Of a DNA stretch of 64,000 bases, positions 1-13,495 are shown piece after piece (position 1 is the stretch's first letter; each line of letters begins with the position of its first letter). The position numbers were made by a program, and so were the translations under genes. The DNA comes from Rhina ancylostomus (taxonomy: Eukaryota): assembly GCA_030265395.1 (NCBI GenBank), contig JARFYF010000119.1, positions 32,349,751-32,413,750 of the forward strand, written 5' to 3'. Below the pieces are notes generated by a model. It did not search any database. It was not told the DNA's origin and worked only from the letters and a program-made list of their open reading frames with translations.

Positions 1-165
1 AATGCACTTGGCATTTAAGAAACTCTTAGATAAACACATGAATGATAGAAAACTGGAGGGTTATGTAGGAGAGAAGCATTATGTAGATCTTAGAACAGGA
101 TAAGATGTTGGCACAACACTGTGGGCCAAAGGGTCTGTACTGTGCTGTACTATTCTATGTTCTAT
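1..165 (+). mobile_element. CR1-type LINE 3' end
   Basis: Tail gggccaaagggtctgtactgtgctgtactattctatgttcta, near-identical to the tail at ~36080-36120. Confidence 0.75.
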
Positions 166-189
166 ACAAATGTAAAATGACTTCCCACT

Positions 190-1180
190 TTTTGTACTCT
201 ATGCCCCAATAAAGACAAGAGTGCCAAACACAGCCTTCAAAACCTTGTCTCCCTGTGTCACTTTCAGTGAATTATGTACTTGCATCCCTAGGTCTGTGTT
301 CTGCAACACTCTCCAGGGCCTTGGCATTTACTGTGCAAGTCCTGCCCTGATTTAACTTCCCAAAATGCATCAATTAGCATTTGTCTTAGCTTCGTTCCAT
401 CTGCCATTCCTTAGCCACTTTCCTAGTTGATCTAGATTCTGTTGTAATCTTAGACAGCCTTTTTCACTGTCCACCACACCACCAATCTCAGCATCATCTG
501 CAAACTTACTAACCACGCCATGCTAACCCAAATCATTAATGTACATGACAAACAGGGGAACCAGTACCGATTCCTGTGGCACACAACTGGGCACAGGCCT
601 CCAATCTGAAAAACAACTATCCACTAATACCCTAGGATTCCTTCCATCAAGCCAATTTTGTATCCAATTGGCTAGCTCACCCTAGATTCAGTGCGATCTC
701 ACTTTCCGGACCAGCTTACCATGCAGGTCCTTGTCAAAAGCCTTGCTAAAATCCATGTAGACAATGTCTACCACCCTACCCTCATCAATCCTCTAGGCTC
801 CCTATTCAAACAACTCATTTAAGCTTTGCAAGCCACTATTTCCCCATGCACAAAGCTATGTTGACCATCCCTAATCAGTCCTTGCCTTTCCAAACGCAGA
901 TAGATCTGATCTCTCAGAATATCGTCCAATAATTTACCAATCACTGATGCTTGGCTCACTGGCATGTAGTTCCCTGGCTTATCCTCGCAGCTCTTCTTAA
1001 ATAAAGGCAAAACATTAGCCACATTCCAGTCTTGCAGTACCTCACCCATGGGCAAGGAAGATACAAAAATCTCTGCCAGGGCCCAGCAATTTCTTCCCTT
1101 GCTTCAGGCCCTGGGAATTCAATCACCATTAAGAGGTTCAAGACCACCAACAACTCCTCTCCTGTAACGTTGATTTGGTT
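190..1180 (-). mobile_element. Degenerate CR1-type LINE reverse transcriptase fragment
   Basis: ORF 819..1055 DWNVANVLPLFKK...KPGNYMPVS...GLIRDGQHSF resembles CR1 RT; frameshifts and stops. Confidence 0.85.
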
Positions 1181-1504
1181 CAAGAATGCTAAAACTAAGG
1201 AATTGACATTAGAGCTCTTAGAAAATAAATAGGACTGTGGAGAGTAAAATGAATTATAATGTACTTCATGTAAGTTCAGATATTGTAAATGGTCTATTCC
1301 CTCCAGGATATCTGTAAGGCTTGACTACGAAAAACAATTTTTTTTGTTGGGATTTTGAGATCCAGGATATTGATCTTGTCACAGTATTTCTGTTGCAGCC
1401 ATTGATTTGGGCCTGGATGATGGAAATAGGATTATGTGGGTGGTCAGTGCAGCAGTAATAGATATTCGTCATGGCCAGCACAATGCCAATATCCTTGCGG
1501 TCTC

Positions 1505-1770
1505 TCTTAGCAACACAGCAGTTGGTGCTGCTGCCACCTCACAGCACCCGAGACTTGGGTTAGATTCTGACCTTGGATACTGTCTATGTGGAGTATGCAC
1601 AACTGCCATGATGTGGTTTTCATCCCAGTACTCTAGTTTCCTCCCAACATGCCAGTTAATGGGAATGCAAAAGAATAAATATGATTGGTGTAGAAAGGTG
1701 TTCAATGGTCAGTGCATTCATGTTGGGCCAAAGGGCATGTTTCCACGCTGTCTGTCTCTCTCTATAATCT
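1505..1770 (+). mobile_element. tRNA-derived SINE (HE1-like)
   Basis: tRNA-like head (gctgctgccacctcacagcacc...gggttagattctgacc), core tttcctcccaacat and LINE-derived tail gggccaaagggcatgtttcc; similar copies elsewhere in the window. Confidence 0.7.
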
Positions 1771-1904
1771 AACAAGTACCAGTGTATATATTGAGGGTAT
1801 TGCAATGAAATTCTGTACTTGTCCCCTATTAGAAACAGAAGCCCATTACAACTTCAAAGCACTCATGTGATAAAATAATCTGCATGGCATTTAAATTTAA
1901 TTTA

Positions 1905-2222
1905 CAGCGTGAACCGGCCCAACAAGTCCACACCGCCCATTTTAAACCCCAAATTAACCTACCCGTACGTCTTTGGAATGTGGGAGGAAACCNNNNNNNN
2001 NNNNNNNNNNNNNNNNNNNNNNNNNNNNNNNNNNNNNNNNNNNNNNNNNNNNNNNNNNNNNNNNNNNNNNNNNNNNNNNNNNNNNNNNNNNNCATTTTAA
2101 ACCCATGTTAACCTACCCGTACGTCTTTGGAATGTGGGAGGAAACCAGAGCACCCGGAGGAAACCCACGCAGACATGGGAGAACGTACAAACTCCTTACA
2201 GGCAGCGGTGGGAATCGAACTG
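1905..2222 (-). mobile_element. SINE, split by a 100-N gap with duplicated flanks
   Basis: gtctttggaatgtgggaggaaaccagagcacccggaggaaacccacgcag is the reverse complement of the SINE core. Confidence 0.75.
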
Positions 2223-2589
2223 CAAAAAGTTTTTCACTGTACCTCAGTACATGTGACAATGAAACACCAATTTACCAACCCTAGAAATGAAGATGCCCAG
2301 GAAAAATATTTCCTTCTCTCTGAGGCATGGGCCTGGGTTTTCAAGGACAGAGTAAAAATTCCCTTTGGCCTCATCCAAAGCTTCCAGGATTGGGACATAT
2401 GCACCAATGACAAGTGACACAGGTCCCACTTTAAACTGAGCTAGAGGGTCATGAGATATTCACTTATCCCACAGGGGAAAAACAGCTAAGACATTACTTC
2501 TGATGACAAAACCCACACCCTGAAGATGGTGTTCATCATTCAGTTTGTTCTTTCAGAAAGTGAGTATTGTGCCAGTATTCACCAAGGAG

Positions 2590-2830
2590 AAGGACAGAGG
2601 ATAGTGAGGAGTGTGGAGCATGTTAATGTACTAGGGCAATTTGAGATCATGATGGTGCTGGGTCTCTTGAAGAGCATCAAGATGAATTCCCGCAAGGCCT
2701 AATAGGATGTATCCCAGATTACTGAAAGAGGCAAAAGAAGAAATTGCTGGGGTCTTGAAGATTTTTGTATACTCACTAGCAACAGACGAGGTCCCAGAGG
2801 ACTGGAGAGTAGCCAATTTTGTTCCTTTGT
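2590..2830 (+). mobile_element. CR1-type LINE ORF2 fragment
   Basis: Encodes RMYPRLLKEAKEEIAGVL...EVPEDWRVAN, homologous to the minus-strand copy near 1020-1130. Confidence 0.75.
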
Positions 2831-4114
2831 TCAAACTTATGATTTTCAAAAGGGAGTTAGAGATACTCATTTAAAAAGAAAGCCTATCGGAAAAAGTAGG
2901 AGTGGACTAGCTATATTACTTATAGAACTGACATGGACTTGGGCTGAATAGTCTACTGTGTTACTGCTAAGACTAGCACCAATGTAAAAGGTACTACTGG
3001 ATCTGCCATAACATTGCACAAAGATAACAACTATTTCTCCTTTTCCCATCTTGTACCTTTTCTTCTCTAAATTATACTTTCCTCCTCTTCATCTAGTTTC
3101 CTACTTCAATGTCTATTTGCAAAAGTCCAATCTCATTACTTTCATCATAGTAATCCTGTAATTGTACTTTATTTTGCTTTTAAAATGTTTCTTTCCCTAT
3201 TTCCTAACATTTTTTTCCTTTGAACAAGAACCAGAAAATGCTTGTACTAAAGCCAAGATACAATCATGCCAAATTTCAAGAATAGAATAAATAGACAGAA
3301 CACCAAAAAACACATGATATTTAAACACAAGATGCAGTTTACAGCAAGCCTCTCAGGCTAATGTTTGTGTTTTGAGGAACTTTGACCTTCCAAATTGGAA
3401 AGTAGGCAAGCTGATCAAACTGTTTGAAACTGGGTTTGCAACCCTCAGATGGGTCACATGATGTTAAGAGAGAGATGCCAAAATAGGTCAAAGGGGATCC
3501 AATGAGTGCAGATAACTAGTAAGAGGGGGACCAATGGAGCCTGAGAGAGGGAGGTGGTGGCAAGAATATGGGAAATGGGGATCACTGGAAAGGTCCTGCT
3601 CCTGTCCTGGTTACCCTAAACCCACCCATGCTAGCAGCAGGTAACAGTAAAATATACATAAAATATCACTTTATGACTAACTTTTAAAGCTTAACCATCA
3701 TTTACTTGCACCTACAATTATAGTTAGCTAGCCATTACTGGATCTTATAGGATCTCTACTAGGTCACCTGGAAAGAGAACCTAATCAGGTATAGATGTCA
3801 AAGAACAAAATAAAGCTGGGATATAACCCTATTACCAGAATACCATAAGCAGACAAAGGAATTTCTTGATCATGGATTGATCAATAGATGGGATAAACAT
3901 TCAGATACAATAAGGCAAAAATACAAAGCATTTAAATTGCTGTTGTATGGCACAACACAAATTATCTAGCTACCTGAATAAAATTAAGAGAAATAGATAA
4001 CTTTAATGATTATAGAAAGAAAGATCCAGTTAACTCAAGAGACACCAACATTTCTGACTTTCTATGGAAGGATTTATTACAAGTTATCTTACCCTTAGCT
4101 TACAATATTCTATA

Positions 4115-4395
4115 ACTAGTGGGCATAGGTTTAAGATGAGGGGGGAAAGATTTAATGGAGCTGAGGGGCAAGTTTTTAAGAGGGTGGTGGGTATATGGAA
4201 TGAGGTGCCAGAGGAAGTGGTAGAGACAGGTACAATTACAACATTTAAAAGACATTTAGATGGGCACATGAATATGAAAGTTTGAGGGATATAGGCCAAA
4301 CACAGGCAAATGGGATTTGCTCAGGTGGGTAATTTGGTTGGCATGGACAAGTTGGGCAAAAGGGTGTGTTTCTATGCTGTATAACCATGACTCTG
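4115..4395 (+). mobile_element. CR1-type LINE 3' end
   Basis: GHRFKMRGERF...RVVGIWNEVPEEVVETGTITTFKRHLD, typical CR1 ORF2 C-terminus. Confidence 0.85.
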
Positions 4396-4880
4396 ATCAC
4401 ACAACATTCATGCCCATTTGCAACTGCTCAGTAAATAAAGCAGACCACATCTGCATTCAGCAAGATGTTCACAATGTTCAAGTATGGGCTAAGTAGCAAG
4501 TAATTTTCATGCCATGATGGTGTCATACAATGGCCATTTTTGCACGCACACAGTGTAACCCACTACCCTGGAAATGTAATGGCATCACCAGAGTCAGTGG
4601 TCAGGTCACATGGACTAACCACAAACATCATGGCTACAAACCGCCGAATACCATCAAGAATAAAGCAATCCATTTGATTGATACTCCATTCATAATTCTA
4701 AGGGGCCATTCCCTCCACCATCATTGCAGCATAGCTACAGGGTGTATCATTTACAAAAGGCACTGCAGTTATTTGTCTAGACTACTTAGACATCATCTCT
4801 CAAGGAACATGGGAGGATACCATCTGCAAAATAGTCTCAAGAAACACACCATTTTGACTTGGAAATATATTGCTGTTCTT

Positions 4881-4934
4881 TTATCAATGGATCTGAATCC
4901 TGGAAATTTATCAATGGATCTGAATCCTGGAAAT
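4881..4934. repeat. 27-bp tandem duplication inside an old LINE relic (~4440-5040)
   Basis: ttatcaatggatctgaatcctggaaat twice. Confidence 0.9.
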
Positions 4935-7148
4935 CTCTTCCCAACATCATTATGGTAGTACTGGAAGGACTGCAGCTATTCAAAGAGAGAGCTCATCACT
5001 AACCACCCAAAGTAATTCAGGCATGGGCAAAAATGCAAGCAAATGGAGGGAAGGTGCTCCAATAACATGAACAAAGCTAAAAAATATTTCAAGTATCTTA
5101 GGAGGTTCTCACTTAGGACAAGTCCTACCTGGCAAAGCCTTAGTAACACCAGTAAAGGCAGTCCCTGGGTAACATAAGGATTTTGTTCTCACGAACTGTT
5201 TGTAAACTGATTTTTCCATTAATCAGAAACAAAATTTCAAATGGGGGTTGAATAATATTATTTAGCACCTTTTCTTATATGGTTGCAATGGTACAGAATC
5301 AGAACGTTCCACATCCAGTGGCTGGTTTGATAGCCTTAAGGTATGAATGCTGCATTGTTTGATAAAGTATTTTACAAATGTCAATAAGAGATCGCCTTTG
5401 TCAATTTCCAAAGCAAATCTCTTAAGCAGCCTCCAGCAACCTGGGGAGCCCCTGTAGTGCACTCTATGAAAGCAATAAGCAGCACAAATTTTGCAAAAGC
5501 AGGTCAACTGTATACCATGCAATTTAATAATAAGCATTTCTTTCTTATTATGCCAATATGCAAATTCACCTCACACTCAGATTTAAGGAGTGACCTAGAT
5601 AAGGTACAGATGGTTGAAAAATATGATTACAGATGGAGAAAAAAAAACTACTTTCTTCATTTGTGATAGAGAGGGTGGTGGAAGATTCCGAGATAAGGGT
5701 ACATAAGAACACAGATTCAGAAGTTAAGCCCTTGGCCCTATTCACTTGCTCTGCCATTCAATAAAAAAAACATGGTACATGCTGTGCCTTAAATCTACTT
5801 CAGACTTGATTTTCATTTCTTCCAATTACTGCGGTGTCCAAAAATCAACAACCTGGGCCTTGACTACATTCAGCTATGTATCCATAGCCCTCAGATGGAC
5901 AGAAACTCTACAAGCAATCTAGTAAAGAATAAAAGAGACAAGAGACTGCAGATGTTGGAAATCTAGAGCAACTCACAAAAAGCTGGAGCAGCTCAGCAGT
6001 TCAGGCAGATTCTATGGAGGGAAATAGCCAGATGTTGTTTTGGGTCTAATATCAGTAATAGGTCATTAAGAAGAATCAGGTCATCTCACAAATGATAAAG
6101 GAAACCAGTAAATCTCCCTTAAAAGTAGTGGAAGCTTGCTCAATTTAAAAACAATATTAAACAAGCGCTTTTTTATTAAATGAGATTAGTATGGAACAAA
6201 GGTAGATAAATTGAGCTGAGGTAGACTGGCTACATTCAAAGTGATTGGTGAAACAGACAAGTCACTGGACTATTCCTGTTTCTATGTTTAACTGATTTAC
6301 AGTGAAAACAAATACTCCATGTTTATTAGATAGCAATTTGGAATATTTGATAATTTCTCAGTATCATTTCCATTATAAATGAAAACTTTATTGAATAAAG
6401 ATGGTAGAATGCACAAATGAAAAACAGTAGGGACAGAGTATATTGGTCTAGTTCCCTCCCACCCTATTCAAGCTTGGATAACCTGTAAACAGTGTCAAGT
6501 CTTAATGCCTGTTTATTTTATCAAGGAAAATTAAATCATGGGTATAATTAAAATATTCACATTTTCCCCATTCCCAACAGAAAGCATGAAGAATTTGTAA
6601 GATTTAAATATTGCTTGCTCAACTTCAAAAGAATTTTATGCAAGTGAAAAACAAAATCAGACAACTGCATATGCTAGAAATCTAAAATAAAAACAGAAAA
6701 ATCTGTAAGAACTCAGCAGGCTAAGCTGAGTGTTTCTAGAAATTTGTTTTCAATTAAGCAAGCTGTTATTTCCCAATCTCAAGTTTACAGCAATTGTTTT
6801 ATGTTAAACACCTGAGTCAGTAGTTTGAAAGTTCAGGTCATAATCAACATAAGAGTGCATCACCTAGGATGGAGCTTTAGTGAGATTCTAAGGGAACACA
6901 GAACTATCAGAAATGCTCTCAGTTGGACATTATATCAAAGACCATCTATTTTCTCAAACAAAAAATCAAAACATGTTTGTTGGCCAGGGATAAACACTGG
7001 CCAAAACATACAAGGAATGCATTATTCAGCATTTTTTTTTACACAATCTGTTATATGAAAGAATGAAAGAAAAACACAGGAACATAAATCTTAAGATATC
7101 TAATACTTGTAACTATGAACGTGAAGACCTCAAACAATGTTTGCATAC

Positions 7149-9046
7149 CTCTCAGCTCTACATTGTTCTTTAAGTTGACTTTCAATAATTTGCTTTTCTT
7201 GCTCTAGTGCTTGTATTTTTCTTTCACAATCCTCATGTATTTCATTTCTAACCTCTTCTTTTCCCTCCTGGCTTAGTCTGTTGAGCAACTGCTCTTTCTC
7301 CTCCTGAAGACCATGAATAGTAGCTTTATATTTTGTTTCAATTTCAAAGACAAGTTTCTGTTTTTCAGAAACCATTTCCTCCTTTTGTTTATCCATGGCA
7401 CTCAAACATTGTTTTAACTTAGTACTGAGCTCTTCAACCTGTCTCTTTAATGTTACTTCTGCATCAAGCGCTTGTTGCCTCATTGCATCCAGTTTGTCTA
7501 GGTCTGCTTTGAGGGAGGCCATCTCTTTTTCATGTCTATCCATCATTTCAGAAGTGCACTGTTTTCTCTCTATGGCCATTTGTGTTCTTTGTTCTGCAAG
7601 TTCCACTTCATATGCTTGCATTTTTTGCTGCATTTGGTCTTTCAAATCAGTTATCTCTTTGCTGTACTTCTCTGTTTCTTTCATTACCTGACATTTTATA
7701 ATCTCTTCTTGTTGGACTTGGTTCTCTTTTAAAAGCTGCTTTAATTGCTCAGTTTCAGTTTCCTTCAAAGCCAATTCAACTTCCTGTTTACACCTCAAGC
7801 CAGAAAGCTCAGACACTTTAAATTTAAATTCATTGAGTTCTTGCTCTTGCTCCTGGAGCTTCAGGGTAAGGGACTGCTGCACGTTTTCCAACCTTGCTTC
7901 ATTTTCCTTCTGGATTTGTTTTTGCTGATTACAGTGATCAGTCATCAACCTTTCCGTCTCTTGCTGATGCCTAGCTTGGCAATCTTCCAGATCTTTCAAA
8001 TGATTTTGTTCAAGATTCTGAAGCTCTTCACTTAAATGTGCCATCTTCTGATCAGCCTGTTCTTTAAGCATGTTTAATTCTTCCAGTAAACTTTCTTGTG
8101 ACTGAGTGAGTTCTTGGATTTGCATCCCTTGTTTCCTCTTCTCTTCCATTAGATCCTGAATTTCTTTATCTTTACTAATTTGTAAACTTATAAAGGTTTC
8201 ATTTTTAGTCCGTGTCACAGCAATTTCATGATCTTTCTGCTTTATACTATCTTCAAGTTCAAACAATTCCTTTCTCAACTTCTCCACAATCTGCCGAGTG
8301 GCCTCAGCCTCAATATTGCATTTGTTCATTCGGTCTTCATAATCCTTACTTAAAGACTCCAATTTTTGCTGATAATTTTCTTCTGCTTCTGCTTCAACTC
8401 TACATTTTACAGTTTCTATTATGCTTCTTAATTCTTCACTTACACTTTTCATGGAGCTATTAAAATCACACTGCTCTTTCTGGACAAGGGCTCTGAAGTG
8501 GTTAAGATCTTTCCTAATGCTTATAAAATGTGACTGAGACATTTCAGTGATATNNNNNNNNNNNNNNNNATGCAATTTTAAAGTTGCAACTTCATTAGAG
8601 TCTTCCTTTTCACCAGGAGTTGTATCCTGCATACGTCTATTATCAATAGCATTGATAACAGAAGAGTAGAGAGATTCAAGCATCATTTCAGGACTTTGTG
8701 GATCACTGTTTAAATTTGGTGATGCCAAGTTCTCCTCGATCACAAACTCATTTACAGCTGAAACGAAATCAGACTCTGGACTTTCTGCCAATGAATCCAT
8801 ATCCACAGAACCTTGTTTGAGAACTTGTTCCAAACCGGGATGAGGAATAGTTTCAAAATCAAATGTATGGGCATCAATGCTGTCAGGAGATAACTCTTCT
8901 AATGAGGCAGGAACATTTGCAGATGGACAGATTGGTCCCTGAAGGCTAAGAGTGGGTCTGACTCTAGAAGAGGTAGTTTTAGTTTCAGTTGTGCTTTCAA
9001 GCCTGTGTGCTGTTGGTGTTGCTAATGTAGGTTGATCAAGCGAAGC
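7149..9046 (-). CDS. RB1CC1: RB1CC1 large coding exon 13 (1898 nt): disordered linker, LIR-like motif and long coiled coil
   Basis: ORF 7130..9079 contains LEELSPDSIDAHTFDFETIPHP...DSLAESPESDF...PQSPEMMLESLYSSVINAID and RCKQEVELALKETET. Acceptor ttacttttacag, donor AG|gtatgc. The 16-N gap at 8554-8569 keeps the frame. Confidence 0.96.
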
Positions 9047-9114
9047 CTGTAAAAGTAAACAATGTTTTAAAAAAATCAAATAGAAGAACTTGCCAGAAAT
9101 TATGTAAAATAATA

Positions 9115-9500
9115 GAACATTACAGTACAGGCCCTACAGCCCATGATGCTGTGCTGACATTTTATCCTGCTCTAATATCCATCTAACCCTTCCCTCCCAC
9201 ATTTCTCTATCATTCATGTGGCTAAGAGTCTCTTAAATGTCTCTAATGTGTCTGCCCCCACAACCTCAGCTGGCAGCAAGTTCCACGCACCCACCACTGT
9301 GTAAAATAAACTTACCTCTGACATCCCCCTTGTACCTTCTTCCAATCACCATAAAATTTTGCCCACTCGTGTTAGCCATTTTCGCCCTGGGAAAAAGTCT
9401 ACAACTATCCACTCGATCTATGCCTTTTATCATCTTGTACACCTCCATCAAGTCACCTCTCATCATCCTCCTCTCCAAAGAGGAAAGCCCTAACTCATTC
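9115..9500 (-). mobile_element. CR1-type LINE 3' end
   Basis: ORF 9266..9478 ERRMMRGDLMEVYKMIKGIDRVDS. Confidence 0.85.
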
Positions 9501-10744
9501 AGTATAAAAATTTCACTGTGTACTTTATAAGTTGCCCTATTAGTTAAGTTTTTCTCCCCACAACTGTTTGAATGACCAAATATGGAAAAACTTCAAATTA
9601 TTGATCCCAAAACACCAGCATTTCAGCTCAAACCAGTTCTACGATGAAAGCAACAAAATCCAAGTTCCCCATAGTTAAGTCCAATTGAGAAATACCAATA
9701 TCTTTAATTCAAGTGCAGTAATTCCAAATAAGTACTATTTTTGAACATACAAAATATCCTAAGGCCATACTCTTAACAAACTACCCTACAATTACAGTTA
9801 ATCTACCATGCAAAAAAAACCAAAAATTTACTTTCCAGTATAACAATGCAGGAAATTAGAAGAATGGCTATTCAAACCATCTTTACCATACAATAAAAGT
9901 CATGGCTGATCAGAATTTGGCTTCAGTTCCATTGTCCTATGTTTCCCAAGTCTGGATTCACTAAAGACCAAAAATCTATTATCTTGGTCTTCAATATATT
10001 CAATGAATCAGCACCTACACCACTTTAGGGTAAAGAATCCTAAGAATTCAGAAGAAAATTTCCTTTATCTGTCTTAAATAGATAATCCCTTGTTCTAGAT
10101 TCTCCCACAAATGGAAGCATTCTCTCAACATTTACCTTGTCAACTCCCTTAGACTCTTGTAATTCCATGAAATCATCTCTCATTCTTCAAAATTCCAGTT
10201 ACCAATATGTACAACTTCTCTTCATAAAACAACTCCTTCAGCCCAGGAATCTATCTAGTGAACTTTCTCAGAACTGCCTTCAGTGTAATATCTCCTTTAA
10301 AAATGGAGAGCAAAACTCCTAATGCGGTACAGTTATAGTTTTACACTCCATCTCCTTTGCAATAAAAGCCAAAATTTCATTTCTTTCCCAATTACCTGCT
10401 GTACTTGCATGTTTCATGTATGATGACATTCAGATCCCTCTGTTGTAGTATTCTGTAGCCTTGCTCTCTCCCCATTTAAACAATATTCTTCTTTCCTTTA
10501 CACTATTCCAAATAACCAGATTTCTCCATGAAATACTCCAACTACCTATCCTCCTTTAAACGACGTGTCTTCCTCAAACTGTTCTGACATCATGATCAAA
10601 TTTGGCTATAATATAGTTGCCCCTTCATCTAAGTCATTATTATAGATTATTAATAGTTGAAGCCCTAGCATAGATTCCTGTGGCAACACACGTTATACCT
10701 TAGCTACAAGTAATTTGTTAATGTTCTCCCTTTAAGTATATTTT

Positions 10745-12270
10745 GGATCAGCACAGCGGAATAGCTGCTGCCTCACTTTTTAACGATCAGGGTTCAATCT
10801 TAACCTCTGGTGCAGCCTATGTGGAGTTTGCATGTTCTCCCCATGACTGTGTGGATTTCCTTAAAGTGCTCCAGGTTCCTCCCACATCCCAACTGGCTGG
10901 TAGTGTAATCGGCCACTGCGAATTGCCTCTAGTCTTTAGGTGAGTGGTAGAATCTGAGTGAGTTGAGGGGAATCTGGAGAATAAAGTGAGATGAATGCAT
11001 GACTAGTTGTATTGTGAAGGGTCACGACTGTCACTTGACACAATGGACCACCTGGTCAAAAAAGTCATATCACTGTCAATCAAGGTCTGGCTCCACCTAC
11101 CCATTAGACCACACTTGACCACTGGCCTCTGTAGCCAGTGGGCTTGTTTGAATTATCTGGGCTGGACCACCCAGCCCTCCAGTACTATAAAGAATGCCAC
11201 ACGTGTGGTTTGCTCTCTTTCTGATTGCTCCAGGAATCGTGAAACAATGCTGAAGAGACCATTGGTAAGAGTGTGCACTTCCACAAGGGTTACGAGCATC
11301 CTAAGTAGATTCCAAGTAACAGAGCCGATGCTTGCACTGAGTCACAGTGTGGCAGGCACTGTATTGTTTCNNNNNNNNNNNNNNNNNNNNNNNNNNNNNN
11401 NNNNNNNNNNNNNNNNNNNNNNNNNNNNNNNNNNNNNNNNNNNNNNNNNNNNNNNNNNNNNNNNNNNNNNACAGAGCCGATGCTTGCACTGAGTCACAGT
11501 GTGGCAGGCACTGTATTGTTTCTTCCTTGATTTGTTTGTAGCCAGTTTTTGGGGTGGGGTGTGGGGTGGGGTGGGGTGTGACCCCTTGTTGTGATTTCCC
11601 CCACATTCGCGATCACCTGTGTATGAGTGCGTTCACTCCCATTCAATCTGTCCCACGTTTGTCTTTGCAAATAAATTATTTTAACTCCAAAGACTGTCTA
11701 GAGTCCTTACCCTTTGAGACCTTACAAACTTGTCTTACAACCCTAGTACAAGATGGGTGTTTAATGAACAGCATAAAGCATAGAAGCAGAATTAGGCTAT
11801 TCAGCCCAGAGTCTGCTCCACCATTAAATCATGGCCCTAAACCCCATTCTCCCACCTTCTCCCCATAACCCTTAAACCCCTTACATCAAGAACCTTTCAA
11901 TCTCTGCTTTAAATACACCCAATGACTTGGTTTCCACTGCCCTTTGTGGCAACAAATTCCATGAATTAACCACCCTCTGGCTTAAGAAATTCTTCCTTAT
12001 CTCAGTTTCAAAGGAGCATCCCTTTATTCTAAGGCTGTCTCCTCAGATCTTAGATTCTCCTACTAATGGAAACATCCTCTCAATGTCTACTTAATCCATG
12101 CCTTTCAGAATTTGGTAGGTTTCAATGAGCTTTCCTGCTGTGGGGGGGGNNNNNNNNNNGTAGGGTTCAATGTGATTTCCTCCTTTCCCCCCCCCCCCCC
12201 CAACCTTCTGATGGGCATCAGTGGGCATAGACTGTTTAAAAGGGCCTGCTTTCATAGTGCACGATTATTA
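10745..12270 (+). mobile_element. SINE interrupted by an LTR-like insert and a minus-strand CR1 3' fragment (~11775-12130)
   Basis: SINE head and core at 10745-11007 resume at ~11748; tail-like sequence at ~12210-12270. Confidence 0.6.
11008..11742 (+). mobile_element. Solo LTR-like element
   Basis: Flanked by direct repeat ctagt (11003-11007, 11743-11747); starts TG, ends tacaacc; tataaag near 11186, aataaa near 11670. Confidence 0.55.
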
Positions 12271-12899
12271 CATTATTCAGCACTTTAAGAATAACAACAG
12301 AAATTTCAGTTTGTCATGTGTGCAGATGAGATGGTTGCACAATGACCCAGCTTCTCTCCCAGCAACCCTGAAAAATTTTATCCCCACCTCCCATTCCACA
12401 AGGAAAGATGTCCTTGTCATGTTCAAGGAGAAAAAAAAAGTGCCAATCATGTGCTGGATGATGTCCAAAAAGATGCAAGTACAAGAACAAGAAAATGGAT
12501 TGAACTTGATGTCAAAGATGTGCATAGTTAATATTTAGATAGAAGTGCACTCATTAAGAGTCAAAGAATTGATATCTCAAGGTCGGTGGTGGTATAAATG
12601 CAGTACAGGAAAGATGAATTACAGAGAGAAAGAACAGCATGCATTTGTCTCAGATTTTCCAGCTGCATAGGTTAGGAAAAGGATAAAAGTGCAACAAGGT
12701 GAATATTGGATGTATTCTAAACATATTGATTCTGCACACTTTTGACATCATGACAGTAGGCATTTTCTGCATTTTGATCAACTAGTCCATAAAAGAATTA
12801 AGCACTTTACTCAGTTTTGCAGCTACAATTAAACCATCATACTTCTTTTTAAACCAGATTCTGTAATTATACCAATAATGAGGTAATTTACATCAGGAA

Positions 12900-12968
12900 A
12901 GGACAAACAGGGGATTTTTACCCAAATCAGAGCTCAGGACAAACAGGGGATTTTTACCCAAATCAGAG
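12900..12968. repeat. Tandem duplication, period 36 bp
   Basis: aggacaaacaggggatttttacccaaatcagag twice. Confidence 0.9.
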
Positions 12969-13129
12969 GTCACTGTTTTATTCTCACATATTGATAAGCA
13001 CCAGATGAACTGAGAAAAGATTAACTGACTTTACATTAAGAAAATTGGACCAACATTTCAACACGATTCAGAAAGACACCTTTTACTCAGATTTCAAATT
13101 TTTGGCTAACTACCACCTTATTTAAGAAT

Positions 13130-13320
13130 AAGGGTGGCATAGTGGCACAGAGATGACTATGTGGGTTTCTCCAGGTGCTTCAGTTTTCTCCGTCGCCCCA
13201 AAGATACGAGTGTTGATAGGTTAAATTGCCCTTCACATGTTGTTGAATGAACACTAGGGGAGAATAATTGCAAAGGGTTCTTGGTCAGCTTGGTGGGCCA
13301 AAGGGCTTGTTTCCATGCTT
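13130..13320 (+). mobile_element. Internally deleted SINE
   Basis: gggtggcatagtggcacag head, gggtttctccaggtgcttcagttttctcc core, gggccaaagggcttgtttcc tail. Confidence 0.7.
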
Positions 13321-13368
13321 TTTTTTTAAAGCTCTAATAAACCCTACAAATTGAAGTGAAAGATTTAC

Positions 13369-13495
13369 CTTTTGCTCGGTGAGCAAGTCTGTGATTGTTT
13401 GTGACATTTCATCAAAACTCTGAGCCGTTTTGACCAAATTACGAAGAATTTGTATATGCTGATGTAATGGCTCAAAGTCACAAATTGTAGGAACC
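13369..13495 (-). CDS. RB1CC1: RB1CC1 coding exon 12 (127 nt)
   Basis: VPTICDFEPLHQHIQILRNLVKTAQSFDEMSQTITDLLTEQK; ttttcctgaaag / AAG|gtaaat. Confidence 0.96.

Noticed and set aside
1-7148. Search for the next RB1CC1 exon (expected ...LQEEK...EMQNVRTSLIAEQQ)
   Set aside because: No matching sequence seen; the region is mostly repeat relics, so the exon probably lies outside the window.
7395-8463. Plus-strand ORFs opposite the large RB1CC1 exon
   Set aside because: Antisense shadows of the coiled-coil exon with no recognisable protein features.
10745-10830. tRNA-like A/B box sequences
   Set aside because: They are SINE heads continuing into SINE core sequence; no complete cloverleaf.
12900-12968. 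CRISPR-like direct repeats
   Set aside because: Only two adjacent copies without spacers, in a vertebrate intron; a simple tandem duplication.
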